Source: a virus. From it: a stretch of 64,000 nucleotides of DNA. The notes under the pieces were generated by a model. The model worked only from the letters and a program-made list of their open reading frames with translations. It ran no database searches and was not told the DNA's origin. Made by a program: the position numbers and the translations under genes. The stretch is from the IMG/VR virus record IMGVR_UViG_3300040815_002027; one strand, 5' to 3'. Of the stretch, positions 52,936 through 63,346 are shown one piece after another (the first letter of the stretch is position 1; each line of letters opens with the position of its first letter).

Positions 52936-54255
52936 AGAAGAAATGTCTCCACAAGAGAAAAAGATGGAGATGTTAAAAAAACATTACAAGTCTTTACCTC
53001 TTCCTAAAGTAAGAGATATACAGGCGCAGTTAAAAAGAAAGTCTAAAAGATACCAGGACTTAGGTACAAAAGTTCCTAAAGATGTCACGTCTTTACAAAG
53101 AACATTAACTTATATTATCAGAGCAAAAGAAGCAGAAGCTATAGAAAAAGGTGCGGTGAAGGAAAGCATTGATTATGGGGTTTTAAAGGATCTAATAACA
53201 AGTAGGATAAAGGTAAAGCCTTTAAAAAAAGTAAAACAGTCTATTTTTCCAAATGCTATAGATGTTTGGAAGTTATCAGAAAATATTTACTTAAAGACTA
53301 CAGACGATAATAACCTAGTATTATTTAGTATGTCTGCTGATGATAATTTAAAACTTAAGTACAAAGAGTTGAAAAAAATTGGCGGAGATGAAGATCTCTC
53401 TAACTTTTTAAATTTAGCAAAAAGAAAAAAAGTATGAAACAAAACACTTTTTACAAATTATATGATAAGTTAATATTAGAAACTATAAGCATCCTATCAG
53501 AATCTCAGTTAGACCAATTAAAGGCAACTTTTGTTGGGGAAGGAGAATTAGACAAACCTGTTAAGATAGGAGGCAAAAAAGAGAAAGGCAAAAAAATGTC
53601 GGAAGATGTTTGGAATAAAATCTCTAATTTAACTGTATCTCGTGCTAATAAGGATAATACCAAATTAAAAGATTTACCTCAATATTTTATCTGGTTGTTA
53701 AAAATGGTAGCAGCAGAAAAACTCCCAAAGGAAGATATAGACCAATTTGGAGATTCCAGTTTTGGAAAAGGTCTTATATCCAGGTTTATTAGTAAAAAGA
53801 TAGCAAAGTATCTAAAACAAAGAGATATAACAAAGTATAGTAATATAGAGGATTTAAGAACTGACGTAGCTGATGCAGAAGACCAATTACCCTACGAGTA
53901 TGAACAAGGAGAAAATTTAGTGCCTAAAGAAGGTATAGATGAGTTAAAACAAGTTGGAGTAGACCTTATAGGTACTGTTGCAGGATATCAATGCTTTAAA
54001 GTATCTCAAGGAAATGATAGTGAAGAGACTTTTAAAGTATATACTAAATATTTGGCAAAATGTGCAAGTGGGGATATCACTTTAGATATTTGTACTATGA
54101 GAAATTATGATAGTTTTAAAAAGTACATAAAAAATGAAGATTATTATATATTCTTTAACACTAATGATAAAAAAGCACCTTACCAGTTTGGATACGGTAG
54201 TCAGCAGTTTCACGATGTAGGAAATAGAAGTGTCATTGCCGCTGATTATGAATAA
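52925..54255 (+). CDS. Two hypothetical proteins (52925..53437, 53434..54255)
   Basis: Coupled ORFs; no firm motif. Confidence 0.55.
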
Positions 54256-54266
54256 AGTATAGGATA

Positions 54267-54881
54267 ATGAAAAAACACATATTACAATTTTTTAAATTTT
54301 TAAAAGATAAGGAAGGTAAATCAGCTCCCTTAAAACTCAAGCTCTTAGACCCACAAACTTTTGGTAAACCCACAAAAAATCAGTTAAATGTAAAAGGTGA
54401 CTTAAATTTAAGTAAGACAAATATAAAGGAACTACCTCAAGGACTACAGGTGAGTGGGGATTTAGATTTAAGCGGTTGCACATCTCTTACAAAACTTCTA
54501 CAAGGACTACAGGTGGGTGGGAGTTTAGATTTACAAGGCTGTACTTCTCTAAAAGAACTACCTCAAGACCTTAAGGTGGGTGACGGTATAAATTTAATGG
54601 ATTGCACATCTCTTAAAGAATTACCACAAGACCTTTATGTGGGTGAAGATTTAGATTTAGAAGGTTGCACATCGCTTAAAGAACTCCCACAAGGACTACA
54701 GGTGGGTTGGAGTTTAAATTTAATGGATTGCACATCTTTAAAAGAACTTCCACAAGGTCTTAAGGTGATTGATAATTTATGGTTAGTAAACACACCTATA
54801 GCAGATAAATACTCAAAAGAAGAGATAAAAAAGATGATAGAAGATGGGGGAGGATTTGTTGAAGGTGAAATTAATGTATAA
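54267..54881 (+). CDS. LRR protein, 22-aa repeats
   Basis: (GCTSLKELPQGLQVGxxLxL)n, 66-bp DNA period. Confidence 0.85.
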   Translation: MKKHILQFFKFLKDKEGKSAPLKLKLLDPQTFGKPTKNQLNVKGDLNLSKTNIKELPQGLQVSGDLDLSGCTSLTKLLQGLQVGGSLDLQGCTSLKELPQDLKVGDGINLMDCTSLKELPQDLYVGEDLDLEGCTSLKELPQGLQVGWSLNLMDCTSLKELPQGLKVIDNLWLVNTPIADKYSKEEIKKMIEDGGGFVEGEINV

Positions 54882-55306
54882 TGAAAAAACACATAGCACA
54901 ATTCTTTAAATTTTTAGAGGATAAGGAAGGTAAGCCTGCTCCGTTAAGACTCAAGCTCTTAGATCCTCAAACATGGGGTAAACCTACGAAGGAAGATTTA
55001 AACGTTAAAGGTGATTTAGATTTATCAGAAACAAACATAAAAGAGCTTCCACAAGGACTTAAGGTAGATAAGAATTTATGGCTAGATGGTTGTACATCGC
55101 TTGAAAAACTACCCCAAGGTCTTAAGGTGGGGTGGCTTTTAGATTTAACAGATTGCACCTCCCTTGAAAAACTACCCCAAGGACTTGAGGTGGGTATGGG
55201 TTTAAATTTAACAAACACACCCATAGCACAAAAATACTCAAAAGAAGAAATACGAAAAATGATCGAGCGTGGAGGTAAATCTGTTAAAGGTCAAATTATT
55301 ATATAA
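54881..55306 (+). CDS. LRR protein, shorter paralog
   Basis: Same N- and C-caps, three fewer repeats. Confidence 0.85.
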   Translation: MKKHIAQFFKFLEDKEGKPAPLRLKLLDPQTWGKPTKEDLNVKGDLDLSETNIKELPQGLKVDKNLWLDGCTSLEKLPQGLKVGWLLDLTDCTSLEKLPQGLEVGMGLNLTNTPIAQKYSKEEIRKMIERGGKSVKGQIII

Positions 55307-55322
55307 TGGAAAAACACAAATT

Positions 55323-55955
55323 ATGAAACAGATTATAACAACATTCCTACTACTATTAGGAATCACAACCTATTCTCAAACAGGGTGCTATACTTTTCCT
55401 TCAAGTACAAGATCATCGGTAGGTGTTTTAAAACTTGGAGCAGGTATTATGCCATTTATGATGCAAGACAATGACCAGCTTCCTATTAGAATGTTTATGA
55501 TGGAGATGGAGTATAAAACTTGGGGAGGAGGAGTTCAACTTGATGCGAGATCAGGTAAGACATATCTATCAAAAACATTTCCCTATGCTCCTTCCATATC
55601 TATGGATTCAAGACTCTACGGCTATCATAATATGAATGATAATGTATCTATAGGAGGATACGGACAGATTAACTCTACAAGTATGTGGGTGGATGGATGT
55701 GCTTTGGGAGGACTCCTACGATACTCACAAGACTTTAAGAACGTTGGTATGTTTGGACAAGTACAACTACCTTTCTTTAGTATGCAAAGAAGACCTCCCT
55801 CAACGGTAGCAAATGGGATGGAGCATCAAAAACTATATTGGTTTGGTATTCCTGAAAATTTTGGGCAAGATGACTTTCACAAAACAAGACCATCAGAATA
55901 TAGATTTACAGTTGGAGTATATATAAGAATAAACAGTAGAATATATCCATATTAA
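55323..55955 (+). CDS. Exported beta-strand-rich protein
   Basis: MKQIITTFLLLLGITTYSQ signal; paralog of 52369. Confidence 0.55.
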   Translation: MKQIITTFLLLLGITTYSQTGCYTFPSSTRSSVGVLKLGAGIMPFMMQDNDQLPIRMFMMEMEYKTWGGGVQLDARSGKTYLSKTFPYAPSISMDSRLYGYHNMNDNVSIGGYGQINSTSMWVDGCALGGLLRYSQDFKNVGMFGQVQLPFFSMQRRPPSTVANGMEHQKLYWFGIPENFGQDDFHKTRPSEYRFTVGVYIRINSRIYPY

Positions 55956-55968
55956 TAAACCCAGCCTT

Positions 55969-56469
55969 ATGATTAAACTAAAGGAAATATATAATACATA
56001 TATCATTTCAGAATTTACAAAATCTGATTATATAGAAATACCTTATGGTAAAGATGATGGTATAGATTATGATACTTTAGAGGATGAAGGGTTAGAAGAT
56101 TATGAAGATGATATACTTGACCAAATAGATACCTTAGAAAAAGAGTCTGGAATACATTTTACAAGAGATAGGTTTATAGATACAATATTATTTCATAAAA
56201 AAGATAATAAGGTAGTTGGAGTGTTATACTATTCTGATGATACTGATAAATTTACCTTTGATGTAATAGTCTCTAAAGATTATAGAAATAAAGGAATAGC
56301 TTCTTATTTAGTTAAATTGGCTTTAGATTTTTATAACTTTGATACAGAAATGTTTAATAATAAAATAGAAGTAGATGCAGTTAATCCGATTATGGCTAAT
56401 TTACTAAAAACTAAATTTAATTTTAAAGTAAAAGAAAAACTACCTGGTAGAGAAATACTCACACGATAA
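55969..56469 (+). CDS. GNAT acetyltransferase with MIKLKEI leader
   Basis: VSKDYRNKGIASYLV; AVNP. Confidence 0.75.
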   Translation: MIKLKEIYNTYIISEFTKSDYIEIPYGKDDGIDYDTLEDEGLEDYEDDILDQIDTLEKESGIHFTRDRFIDTILFHKKDNKVVGVLYYSDDTDKFTFDVIVSKDYRNKGIASYLVKLALDFYNFDTEMFNNKIEVDAVNPIMANLLKTKFNFKVKEKLPGREILTR

Positions 56470-56480
56470 GACAACTAATT

Positions 56481-57059
56481 ATGATTAAACTAAAGCCACT
56501 TGTAGAAGGTATTTTAAAAGAAAGATATGATATTTCCAAATACGACAATATGTTAAAACAAAAATATGATATAGATTATTCAGACTTAAATTATTTAGGA
56601 AGTGGAGACTTTGGTGAAGCATATTCTGATGATGAAGGGAAGGTCTTTAAGTTTACAAGTTCTAAAAGCGAGGCATCATTAGCAAAAGAAATATTGAAAA
56701 GTAACTCAAAGTATGATGCCTTTGCAGATATCTACGATGTAGTAGATTTAGATAATAGAGTGACACTCATAGTACAAGAAGAATTAGAAGAAGACAGTTC
56801 TATAGAAGATATGTACTATCAAGTAGAAAATATATTAGCTAATCAAGAACTTCCTATACAGTATATACATAATTTAGATTATGATGAATTAGACGAAGAA
56901 ATTGATTCAGAGTTAGAAAAATTTATTAACGATTTAGAAGATATAGTTAGGTCGTATAGAATGTTAGGTATAGAAGCCTCTGATATACGCCCAGAAAATA
57001 TGGGATATGATAAATCAGGTAAACTAAAAGCATTTGATATAGATGATAAAAATAAGTAA
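56481..57059 (+). CDS. Kinase-like protein with MIKLKPLVEGILKE leader
   Basis: LGSGDFGEAY, VFK, E, DIRPENMG, AFD. Confidence 0.75.
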   Translation: MIKLKPLVEGILKERYDISKYDNMLKQKYDIDYSDLNYLGSGDFGEAYSDDEGKVFKFTSSKSEASLAKEILKSNSKYDAFADIYDVVDLDNRVTLIVQEELEEDSSIEDMYYQVENILANQELPIQYIHNLDYDELDEEIDSELEKFINDLEDIVRSYRMLGIEASDIRPENMGYDKSGKLKAFDIDDKNK

Positions 57060-57060
57060 G

Positions 57061-57489
57061 ATGATTAAACTAAGACAACTATTAAAAGAAGCCAAGAAGA
57101 AACTCTATCCTTGTCCTAAACCAACAAAGGATTTAAAACTTAATACAAAGAATAGAAACAAGGCTATTAAAGCAGACCACATTAAGTATGGTCCTTTAAA
57201 CGTAGATAAGCCAGGAAACTTTTGGAAACAAATAGCAAAGTTTTGGAACACAGAAGAAGATGCAGCAAAGTCTTCTTTATGCGGTAACTGTGCTGCATTT
57301 GATGTATCTCCAAGAATGAAGCAGTGTATGCCTGGAGAACTACAAGATGATGATGGAGAGTTAGGATATTGTTGGATGCACCACTTTAAGTGCCACTCTG
57401 CAAGGACTTGTAGAACTTGGGCGAAGGGTGGACCTATAAAAACAGATGATGTATCTGAAACTTGGCAAAATCAAAAATCAGATGACTAA
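57061..57489 (+). CDS. Cys/His-rich protein with MIKLRQLLKE leader
   Basis: CGNCAAFD, GYCWMHHFKCHSARTCRTW. Confidence 0.6.
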   Translation: MIKLRQLLKEAKKKLYPCPKPTKDLKLNTKNRNKAIKADHIKYGPLNVDKPGNFWKQIAKFWNTEEDAAKSSLCGNCAAFDVSPRMKQCMPGELQDDDGELGYCWMHHFKCHSARTCRTWAKGGPIKTDDVSETWQNQKSDD

Positions 57490-58504
57490 ATTAAAGATAT
57501 TATTAGAACAAGTATTAAAAGAGCGTATAACTGATAAAGTGTATCATATAACTACTATAGAAAATGCTCTAAATATCTTACAATCAGATTCTTTTAAAGC
57601 ATCTAAAGTGTATGCTAAAGACAAAGAAAAGGAGATAAACCCAGAAGGTTATGATTATTATATGTCTACTGCCAGGGTAAGAAATAGTATTTATATTAAA
57701 GATCACGCATCCTCATTCTCTGAAGTTATGTTTGTATTAGATGGTAATAAGTTAAATCAGAATTTCAAAGGAAGAGCTGTGAATTATCACGCAGGTAGTT
57801 CACATTCGCCTACAAGAAGGTATTCAGAAGATGAAGATAGAGTGTTTTTGAAAAAACCCTTTATAAAAAACTTCTCAAAATATATAAAAAGAGTAGATAT
57901 ATTTATTAAAGAATCTACAAATAGTAATAATATTAATTGGATAGCGGCTAGAAAAATTATTTTAAAATGTAAAAAATATAATATAGACTATTTAATATTT
58001 AATAAAAGGGGAGATTTTATAAAAGGAGACAAAAAATTATCTATCCCTTTTGAAGATGTTAAAGGCTATATGAAAGGAGACTTACCAAAACGTAGACCTT
58101 TTCTAGATACTTTAGATAGAAAAGAGAAACAGTATGTAACATCTTTTATATTTCTATACCATTCTAAGTCTTTATATGATTTCTATGTTAAAAATAAAAC
58201 AAAAGGCTATCCTTATATTTTTCCTAATAATAATTTAAAACCAGAAGAGTTAAAAAAATGGATAAGCAATCCTAAGAATAAGGCTGATTTATTATCATCT
58301 CTAGTACGTGTACTAGACGAGTTTGGTGATATAACAAGCTATTCATTCTTTTTTAGTATACGTGATAAAGATAATACACACAAAAGAATAAGTGATGCTA
58401 TAGAAAAAATATTTAGAACAGAAAGAGTAAGAAGTTTAGATGATAAGTTAGAGTCTAAAATAATAAACAAGTGGAAAGATATATTAGATAATTATATAGA
58501 ATAA
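57482..58504 (+). CDS. Leader-bearing ART-like protein (paralog of 48562)
   Basis: VYHIT, YYMSTARV, LDG, EDEDR. Confidence 0.5.
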   Translation: MTKLKILLEQVLKERITDKVYHITTIENALNILQSDSFKASKVYAKDKEKEINPEGYDYYMSTARVRNSIYIKDHASSFSEVMFVLDGNKLNQNFKGRAVNYHAGSSHSPTRRYSEDEDRVFLKKPFIKNFSKYIKRVDIFIKESTNSNNINWIAARKIILKCKKYNIDYLIFNKRGDFIKGDKKLSIPFEDVKGYMKGDLPKRRPFLDTLDRKEKQYVTSFIFLYHSKSLYDFYVKNKTKGYPYIFPNNNLKPEELKKWISNPKNKADLLSSLVRVLDEFGDITSYSFFFSIRDKDNTHKRISDAIEKIFRTERVRSLDDKLESKIINKWKDILDNYIE

Positions 58505-58505
58505 G

Positions 58506-59603
58506 ATGACTAAATTAAAGATATTATTAGAACAAGTTTTAAAAGAGCGTATAACTGATGAAGTCTATCACCTGACTACCACACGAAGAGCTTTGTCTAT
58601 TTTAGAGTCAGATACTTTTAAAGCATCTACTGTATTTGGAACATATTTAGATACGAAACAATTAATTAGAGAAATATTAAAGGAGAAAACAATTAATAAT
58701 TTGGGATTAATGACCCAAATATTATATCATGGCACAAAGTATGAATTTGATAAATTTGATTTAAATTTTTTTAATAGTGGTTCTGGAGATGGTGGATGGC
58801 TAGGTTATGGTATTTATTTAACTAATGATTATGAATATGCTGAATCATATGGTAATGTTTTGGAGTGTAAGATTAATATTAAAACCCCATATATTATTTC
58901 AGAATTTAGTTATAGTAGAAGTCCAGAAAAATTAGCCAATGAATTAGGTGTTAAAAATGCTAGAGAAATTACAAAAAAATTAATAAAAGAGGGCTATGAT
59001 TCAGTTGTTTTAACCTATCCAGATAAAGGTTACACTAAAGACGATGAATATAGTGAATTTATAGAGATATGCGTTTTTAATCCAAATGATATTCAAATAA
59101 TGAATAATTTAAATGAACAACAAATATCCTTACATAAAAGTGAGTTGTTTGCCTTAGAAGATGATATACTAAAAAACATTCCAGATGGTTACTTATATCA
59201 TGGTTCAAATAACATATCTTACTTTAATGATACGTCTGATATAGATACATCAAACAATACGGTTAATGCTAAAAGTAAATATTTATTTTTAACACCAAAC
59301 AAGTTAACAGCATTCAATTATTCTACAATAAATAATGGTATGAATGTTAAAATAAGTGATAAAAGTGGTGTTTTATCGTTTGCTTTAAAAAAAGCTAAAG
59401 GTAAGAAATTAACATCAAACGAACTAAAATATAGTAATATGGTTGAGTTTGAAGAGATATTAGATTATTACAAAAACAAAGGCTATGATTATGTGATAAT
59501 AGTACCAGATGGTAGAAACTATGCTATACTAAATCCTAGTATATTAAAAATAGTAAGTAAAACATATACATATGATATTATTAATAATCAAACTATAAAT
59601 TAA
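58506..59603 (+). CDS. Chimeric protein: duplicated N-terminus plus two ART-PolyVal-like domains
   Basis: First ~42 aa copy 57482; LYHGT..GYGIYLT..GYDSV and LYHGS..LFLT..GYDYV. Confidence 0.65.
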   Translation: MTKLKILLEQVLKERITDEVYHLTTTRRALSILESDTFKASTVFGTYLDTKQLIREILKEKTINNLGLMTQILYHGTKYEFDKFDLNFFNSGSGDGGWLGYGIYLTNDYEYAESYGNVLECKINIKTPYIISEFSYSRSPEKLANELGVKNAREITKKLIKEGYDSVVLTYPDKGYTKDDEYSEFIEICVFNPNDIQIMNNLNEQQISLHKSELFALEDDILKNIPDGYLYHGSNNISYFNDTSDIDTSNNTVNAKSKYLFLTPNKLTAFNYSTINNGMNVKISDKSGVLSFALKKAKGKKLTSNELKYSNMVEFEEILDYYKNKGYDYVIIVPDGRNYAILNPSILKIVSKTYTYDIINNQTIN

Positions 59604-59695
59604 AATCCAAGATAATAAAAAAGTGGAAAGATATATTAGATAATTATATAGAAAAGCAAAACTAAGATATATTTATACATAAAACCTATTCTATA

Positions 59696-60118
59696 ATGAA
59701 AACTCACAAACTAAAAGTAACTCTTAACGAGATAAAAAGAATGCAAGAATTGGCAGGAATACAGACTTTAAAAGAGTCGATGTCTAATAACCAAAATATA
59801 GAAGTTATTGTAAATTTTAAAAAATCACAATTAGAATTTTATGACCCAGAAGAACACGATTTAATTGGGTCTTTTGAGTTTGAACCTCTTGCGAATGGGA
59901 CTATTGATACTGACAAAACAGGTATCTTAGATTTATTTAAAAATGATTATAGTTTTAATATCTTAATAAAAGGTATAGATTATGAAGGTAAAGAACTAAG
60001 AAATTTAGAAATGGACGATGTTATAAGGAATCCTAAAGACCTTATGGATACATTAAACGATGCTGTTCTTGATTACGATAGTATGATGAATCTTGATGCT
60101 ATGGGAAAACTTGGTTAA
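59696..60118 (+). CDS. Hypothetical protein with LNEIKRMQELAGI..LKE leader
   Basis: After TATTTATA at 59670. Confidence 0.6.
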   Translation: MKTHKLKVTLNEIKRMQELAGIQTLKESMSNNQNIEVIVNFKKSQLEFYDPEEHDLIGSFEFEPLANGTIDTDKTGILDLFKNDYSFNILIKGIDYEGKELRNLEMDDVIRNPKDLMDTLNDAVLDYDSMMNLDAMGKLG

Positions 60119-60162
60119 TATAAAAACTACATACTTATACACAAACAAACAATTTAAACATT

Positions 60163-60753
60163 ATGAAATTACACAGTTTATTTTTTATTTTAATGTTATC
60201 TCTTTTTAGTTGTTCAACTGAGGGAGATGTAGACACAACAGAACAGGAAGGAAAAGATACAGTAATTGTAGATGTTCCTACAGGAGATGTGGTTGATGCT
60301 CCTGTTGTTTCCGCTCCTATAAAAAAGAAGAAGCCAGTTTTAAAACAAGAAGACTTGCCTAAATCTCCAGATGGTAGTGTTGTAGAAATGTCTACAGAAG
60401 AAGTAGAGGAGTCAGTAGTAACTCCTCCTATCTTTTTTGACTGTGAGCTTAAAAAAAGAGAAAGATCTCAGATGAGATGCTCAGAAAAGTATTTACAGTC
60501 TTATGTAGAAGAGCATATTGAGTTTGAAGCAGAACAAGGAGTAGAACATTATGCTTCTGTTAAGTTTAGTATTAGAGCTAACGGATCAACAGGAACCGTA
60601 ACTATTTTAGGCACTAGTGACGATCAGTTCGGTGCAGCTGTTGTAAAAGTTATAAAAAAACTCAATGTAGATGGTCTTATGTGGACTCCAGCTTATAAAG
60701 ACGGAGAAGCTATTAATTATGACTATTATACTGAGTTTGAGATAAAGTATTAA
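60163..60753 (+). CDS. Lipoprotein with TonB C-terminal domain
   Basis: Lipobox LFSC; VKFSIRANGS..V.IL..AVVKVIKKL..WTPAYKDGEAI. Confidence 0.7.
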   Translation: MKLHSLFFILMLSLFSCSTEGDVDTTEQEGKDTVIVDVPTGDVVDAPVVSAPIKKKKPVLKQEDLPKSPDGSVVEMSTEEVEESVVTPPIFFDCELKKRERSQMRCSEKYLQSYVEEHIEFEAEQGVEHYASVKFSIRANGSTGTVTILGTSDDQFGAAVVKVIKKLNVDGLMWTPAYKDGEAINYDYYTEFEIKY

Positions 60754-60972
60754 TATTTAGTGTATTTTTAGTAACTTAAAGGAGACTTACAGTAATGTTT
60801 GTCTCCTTTTTTTATATTTATATTAAAGTATTATTATGATTATAGAGAGTCCGCTCCCGCTAATTTTACTGTATACATTTCTGTTTATTATAGTAGGATA
60901 TGGTATAAAGTTTCATCAAGATGGTGTTACTTTTAAAGATTTGTACCGTAGTTTAAAAGATAAGTTTAGAAA

Positions 60973-62619
60973 ATGAAACACCAAGAAAAATATATAAAAC
61001 TTATATTAGAGAATCTTTCTAGTATTAATAATTTAGAAGAAGATATAACAGCAGGAAGAGCTGTAGTATACCATAGAACAGGTAATGATGCAACGGTAAA
61101 AGGGGTATCAACAAATGGATATAGGGTAGGAGTCGGAGCTTATTATGGTGCTGGAATCTATACTTGCTATGAATTAGAATCTCAACTAAGATCAGAAATG
61201 AAGAATAGTTACGGCAGTATTTTAATTGAAAATAAAGTAAGAACTTTAGATGATTTTATAATTTTTGACTATGATATAGCTAAAAAGATATACAAATCAA
61301 ACTACACCTTGGATAAGCAACTTCAAAAAATTCTAGGTAACGAGTGGAGTAAGTATAAGAACAATAAATACTTAAAAGAAATAATAGAGTCTACAGAAAA
61401 AGCTCAAGGAGGATTTACTTCCAATGTAGCTCAAGCGTTTTATAATAGTTTCAGTGAAACTATAGTGAGAAAATGTAGGGGCATGATTATGTATGGGCGA
61501 AAGGATGGAAAAACATTATTAGCTTATGATGCCAAAAATATAGTACCTATAAGATACTCTTTAGATGATGGTAAAACCTGGAAAAATGTTTTAACTAAAG
61601 ATTTTTATAAACACATAAAAAAGTTAAACCCTAAACCTAAAGATGCAGGAATTTCTCATGATATTTCGAATTTAGATAGGGGGGTATTCGCTCCTGCTGA
61701 TAGGTTTAAGAAATTATCTGATTATGATAAAAATAGATTTATAGATATAATTATACAAAAAAAATTAAACTCTATACCGAAAGAGTACGCTGAGTATCTT
61801 CCAAAAGAATCTAGGGATAAATATGTAAACTATATTTTAAAAATAGCAACACTAAAAGACCCCAATTTTAGTATAACTGCTTCTGATTTTTTAAATTGGC
61901 CAAAAGACATACAAGACAAGTTTTTGGATGGGATTATCAAACTAAATTTTAACTCTGATACTGAAACTTATGCAACTTTTACGGGTATGTCTGAGTTAAG
62001 TGGAAGCGATTTTGTTAAACTTGATAAAAAAACTAGAAATAATCTAAATAGACTATTTACTAAATATCCTAATTTTAGAAAGGTATCTATAGAGCAGATA
62101 AAATCTATGAATTTTGACCAACTAAAAGATATATTTGTTAAGAAAAAGCACGAATTTAACGGTTTAGAAACAAGGCCAGATTTAATAAAAATAATCCCAG
62201 AACCATTACAAATTTTATGGGTTAAGCAGTATAATGGTACTTTTGGTAATGAGATCCTAAATGCTATTAAGTCTGTAAGAGTAAAAAAGTATATAGCAGA
62301 TAAATTATCTGAAAAAAGCGATAGGATACCATCTAGTATATGGAGGTATTTTACCACAGAACAAAGAAGAGAGTATATAAATAGCATTGTTGAGCGTAAT
62401 AATACTACAAAGTACCCAGTAATATTACCAGCTGAAGTTCTTTCTGATAAGGAAAATAAATACTATATAGACAATGTATTAGAAATTGGAGATAAACTAC
62501 CAGTTAACTATTTTGATAAGCTCCCACAAAACTTAAAAGACTATTATTCTGAAAAATATAATTCAAAAAATAAGTTAAAAAATATTGCAGAAATATTTAT
62601 CAAGAAATATAAGAAATAA
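60973..62619 (+). CDS. Large protein with N-terminal ART-like motif and helical repeats
   Basis: VVYHRT, YYGAGIYT. Confidence 0.5.
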   Translation: MKHQEKYIKLILENLSSINNLEEDITAGRAVVYHRTGNDATVKGVSTNGYRVGVGAYYGAGIYTCYELESQLRSEMKNSYGSILIENKVRTLDDFIIFDYDIAKKIYKSNYTLDKQLQKILGNEWSKYKNNKYLKEIIESTEKAQGGFTSNVAQAFYNSFSETIVRKCRGMIMYGRKDGKTLLAYDAKNIVPIRYSLDDGKTWKNVLTKDFYKHIKKLNPKPKDAGISHDISNLDRGVFAPADRFKKLSDYDKNRFIDIIIQKKLNSIPKEYAEYLPKESRDKYVNYILKIATLKDPNFSITASDFLNWPKDIQDKFLDGIIKLNFNSDTETYATFTGMSELSGSDFVKLDKKTRNNLNRLFTKYPNFRKVSIEQIKSMNFDQLKDIFVKKKHEFNGLETRPDLIKIIPEPLQILWVKQYNGTFGNEILNAIKSVRVKKYIADKLSEKSDRIPSSIWRYFTTEQRREYINSIVERNNTTKYPVILPAEVLSDKENKYYIDNVLEIGDKLPVNYFDKLPQNLKDYYSEKYNSKNKLKNIAEIFIKKYKK

Positions 62620-62641
62620 TGCAAAAGCTAAAAGAAAATAA

Positions 62642-63346
62642 ATGATAAACTTCTGTAACTATACCTGGATAACAAAAGAAAGATGGGGAGAAGTACATCC
62701 AGATAAACCTTATGTCTGGTATGATAGTGATAGTGTTGTGCAGAATAGTAGTACAGAGATAAGTTTAATATCTAAATATAAGCCAAAGTATTTTGAACAT
62801 ATAGGAAGAACTGCTCAAATGGCAGTAGGGTTATTATCTTCTACCGAAAAATTTGGGTATGGTAGATTTGATCTTGAAGCAAAGCTTCCAAACCTACCTT
62901 ATAGTTGGCCCGCCTTTTGGATGTGGTCTTGGTCAGATTGGCCGCCAGAAATAGATGTATTTGAAGGGTATAGTGATAAGAAAGGAAGGTACGATTTATC
63001 GTTATGGTCTAAAATATTTAATAATATATTCTATAAAGTAGAATCAAATATACACATTAAAGATAGAGATACTAAATGGGATATAGGAGGAAGACCTCAC
63101 TTTTTTGGTCATAGGGACCCAAGATATAATTTTAACAAATATTCAGTTATATGGACACCGAGATTGATATCTTTTTACTATAATGATACTTTAGTCAGAA
63201 AAGTAGAGGACGGTAGAGTTTTACAGTTAGTAAATGGTCATAAAATGAACGTGATTATAAACACGAGCTGTTACAGATACCATAAAGATCATCTCAAAAA
63301 TGTGGGGGAGATGAAAATAAAAAACTTTAAGTACACAAGTTTATAA
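62642..63346 (+). CDS. Glycoside hydrolase family 16
   Basis: FGYGRF..EAKLP, WPAFWM, EIDVFE catalytic ExDxxE. Confidence 0.88.
   Translation: MINFCNYTWITKERWGEVHPDKPYVWYDSDSVVQNSSTEISLISKYKPKYFEHIGRTAQMAVGLLSSTEKFGYGRFDLEAKLPNLPYSWPAFWMWSWSDWPPEIDVFEGYSDKKGRYDLSLWSKIFNNIFYKVESNIHIKDRDTKWDIGGRPHFFGHRDPRYNFNKYSVIWTPRLISFYYNDTLVRKVEDGRVLQLVNGHKMNVIINTSCYRYHKDHLKNVGEMKIKNFKYTSL

Noticed and set aside
54267-55306. 66-bp periodicity as CRISPR or a DGR template/variable pair
   Set aside because: In-frame LRR coding repeats; no reverse transcriptase in the window and no adenine-restricted pattern evident
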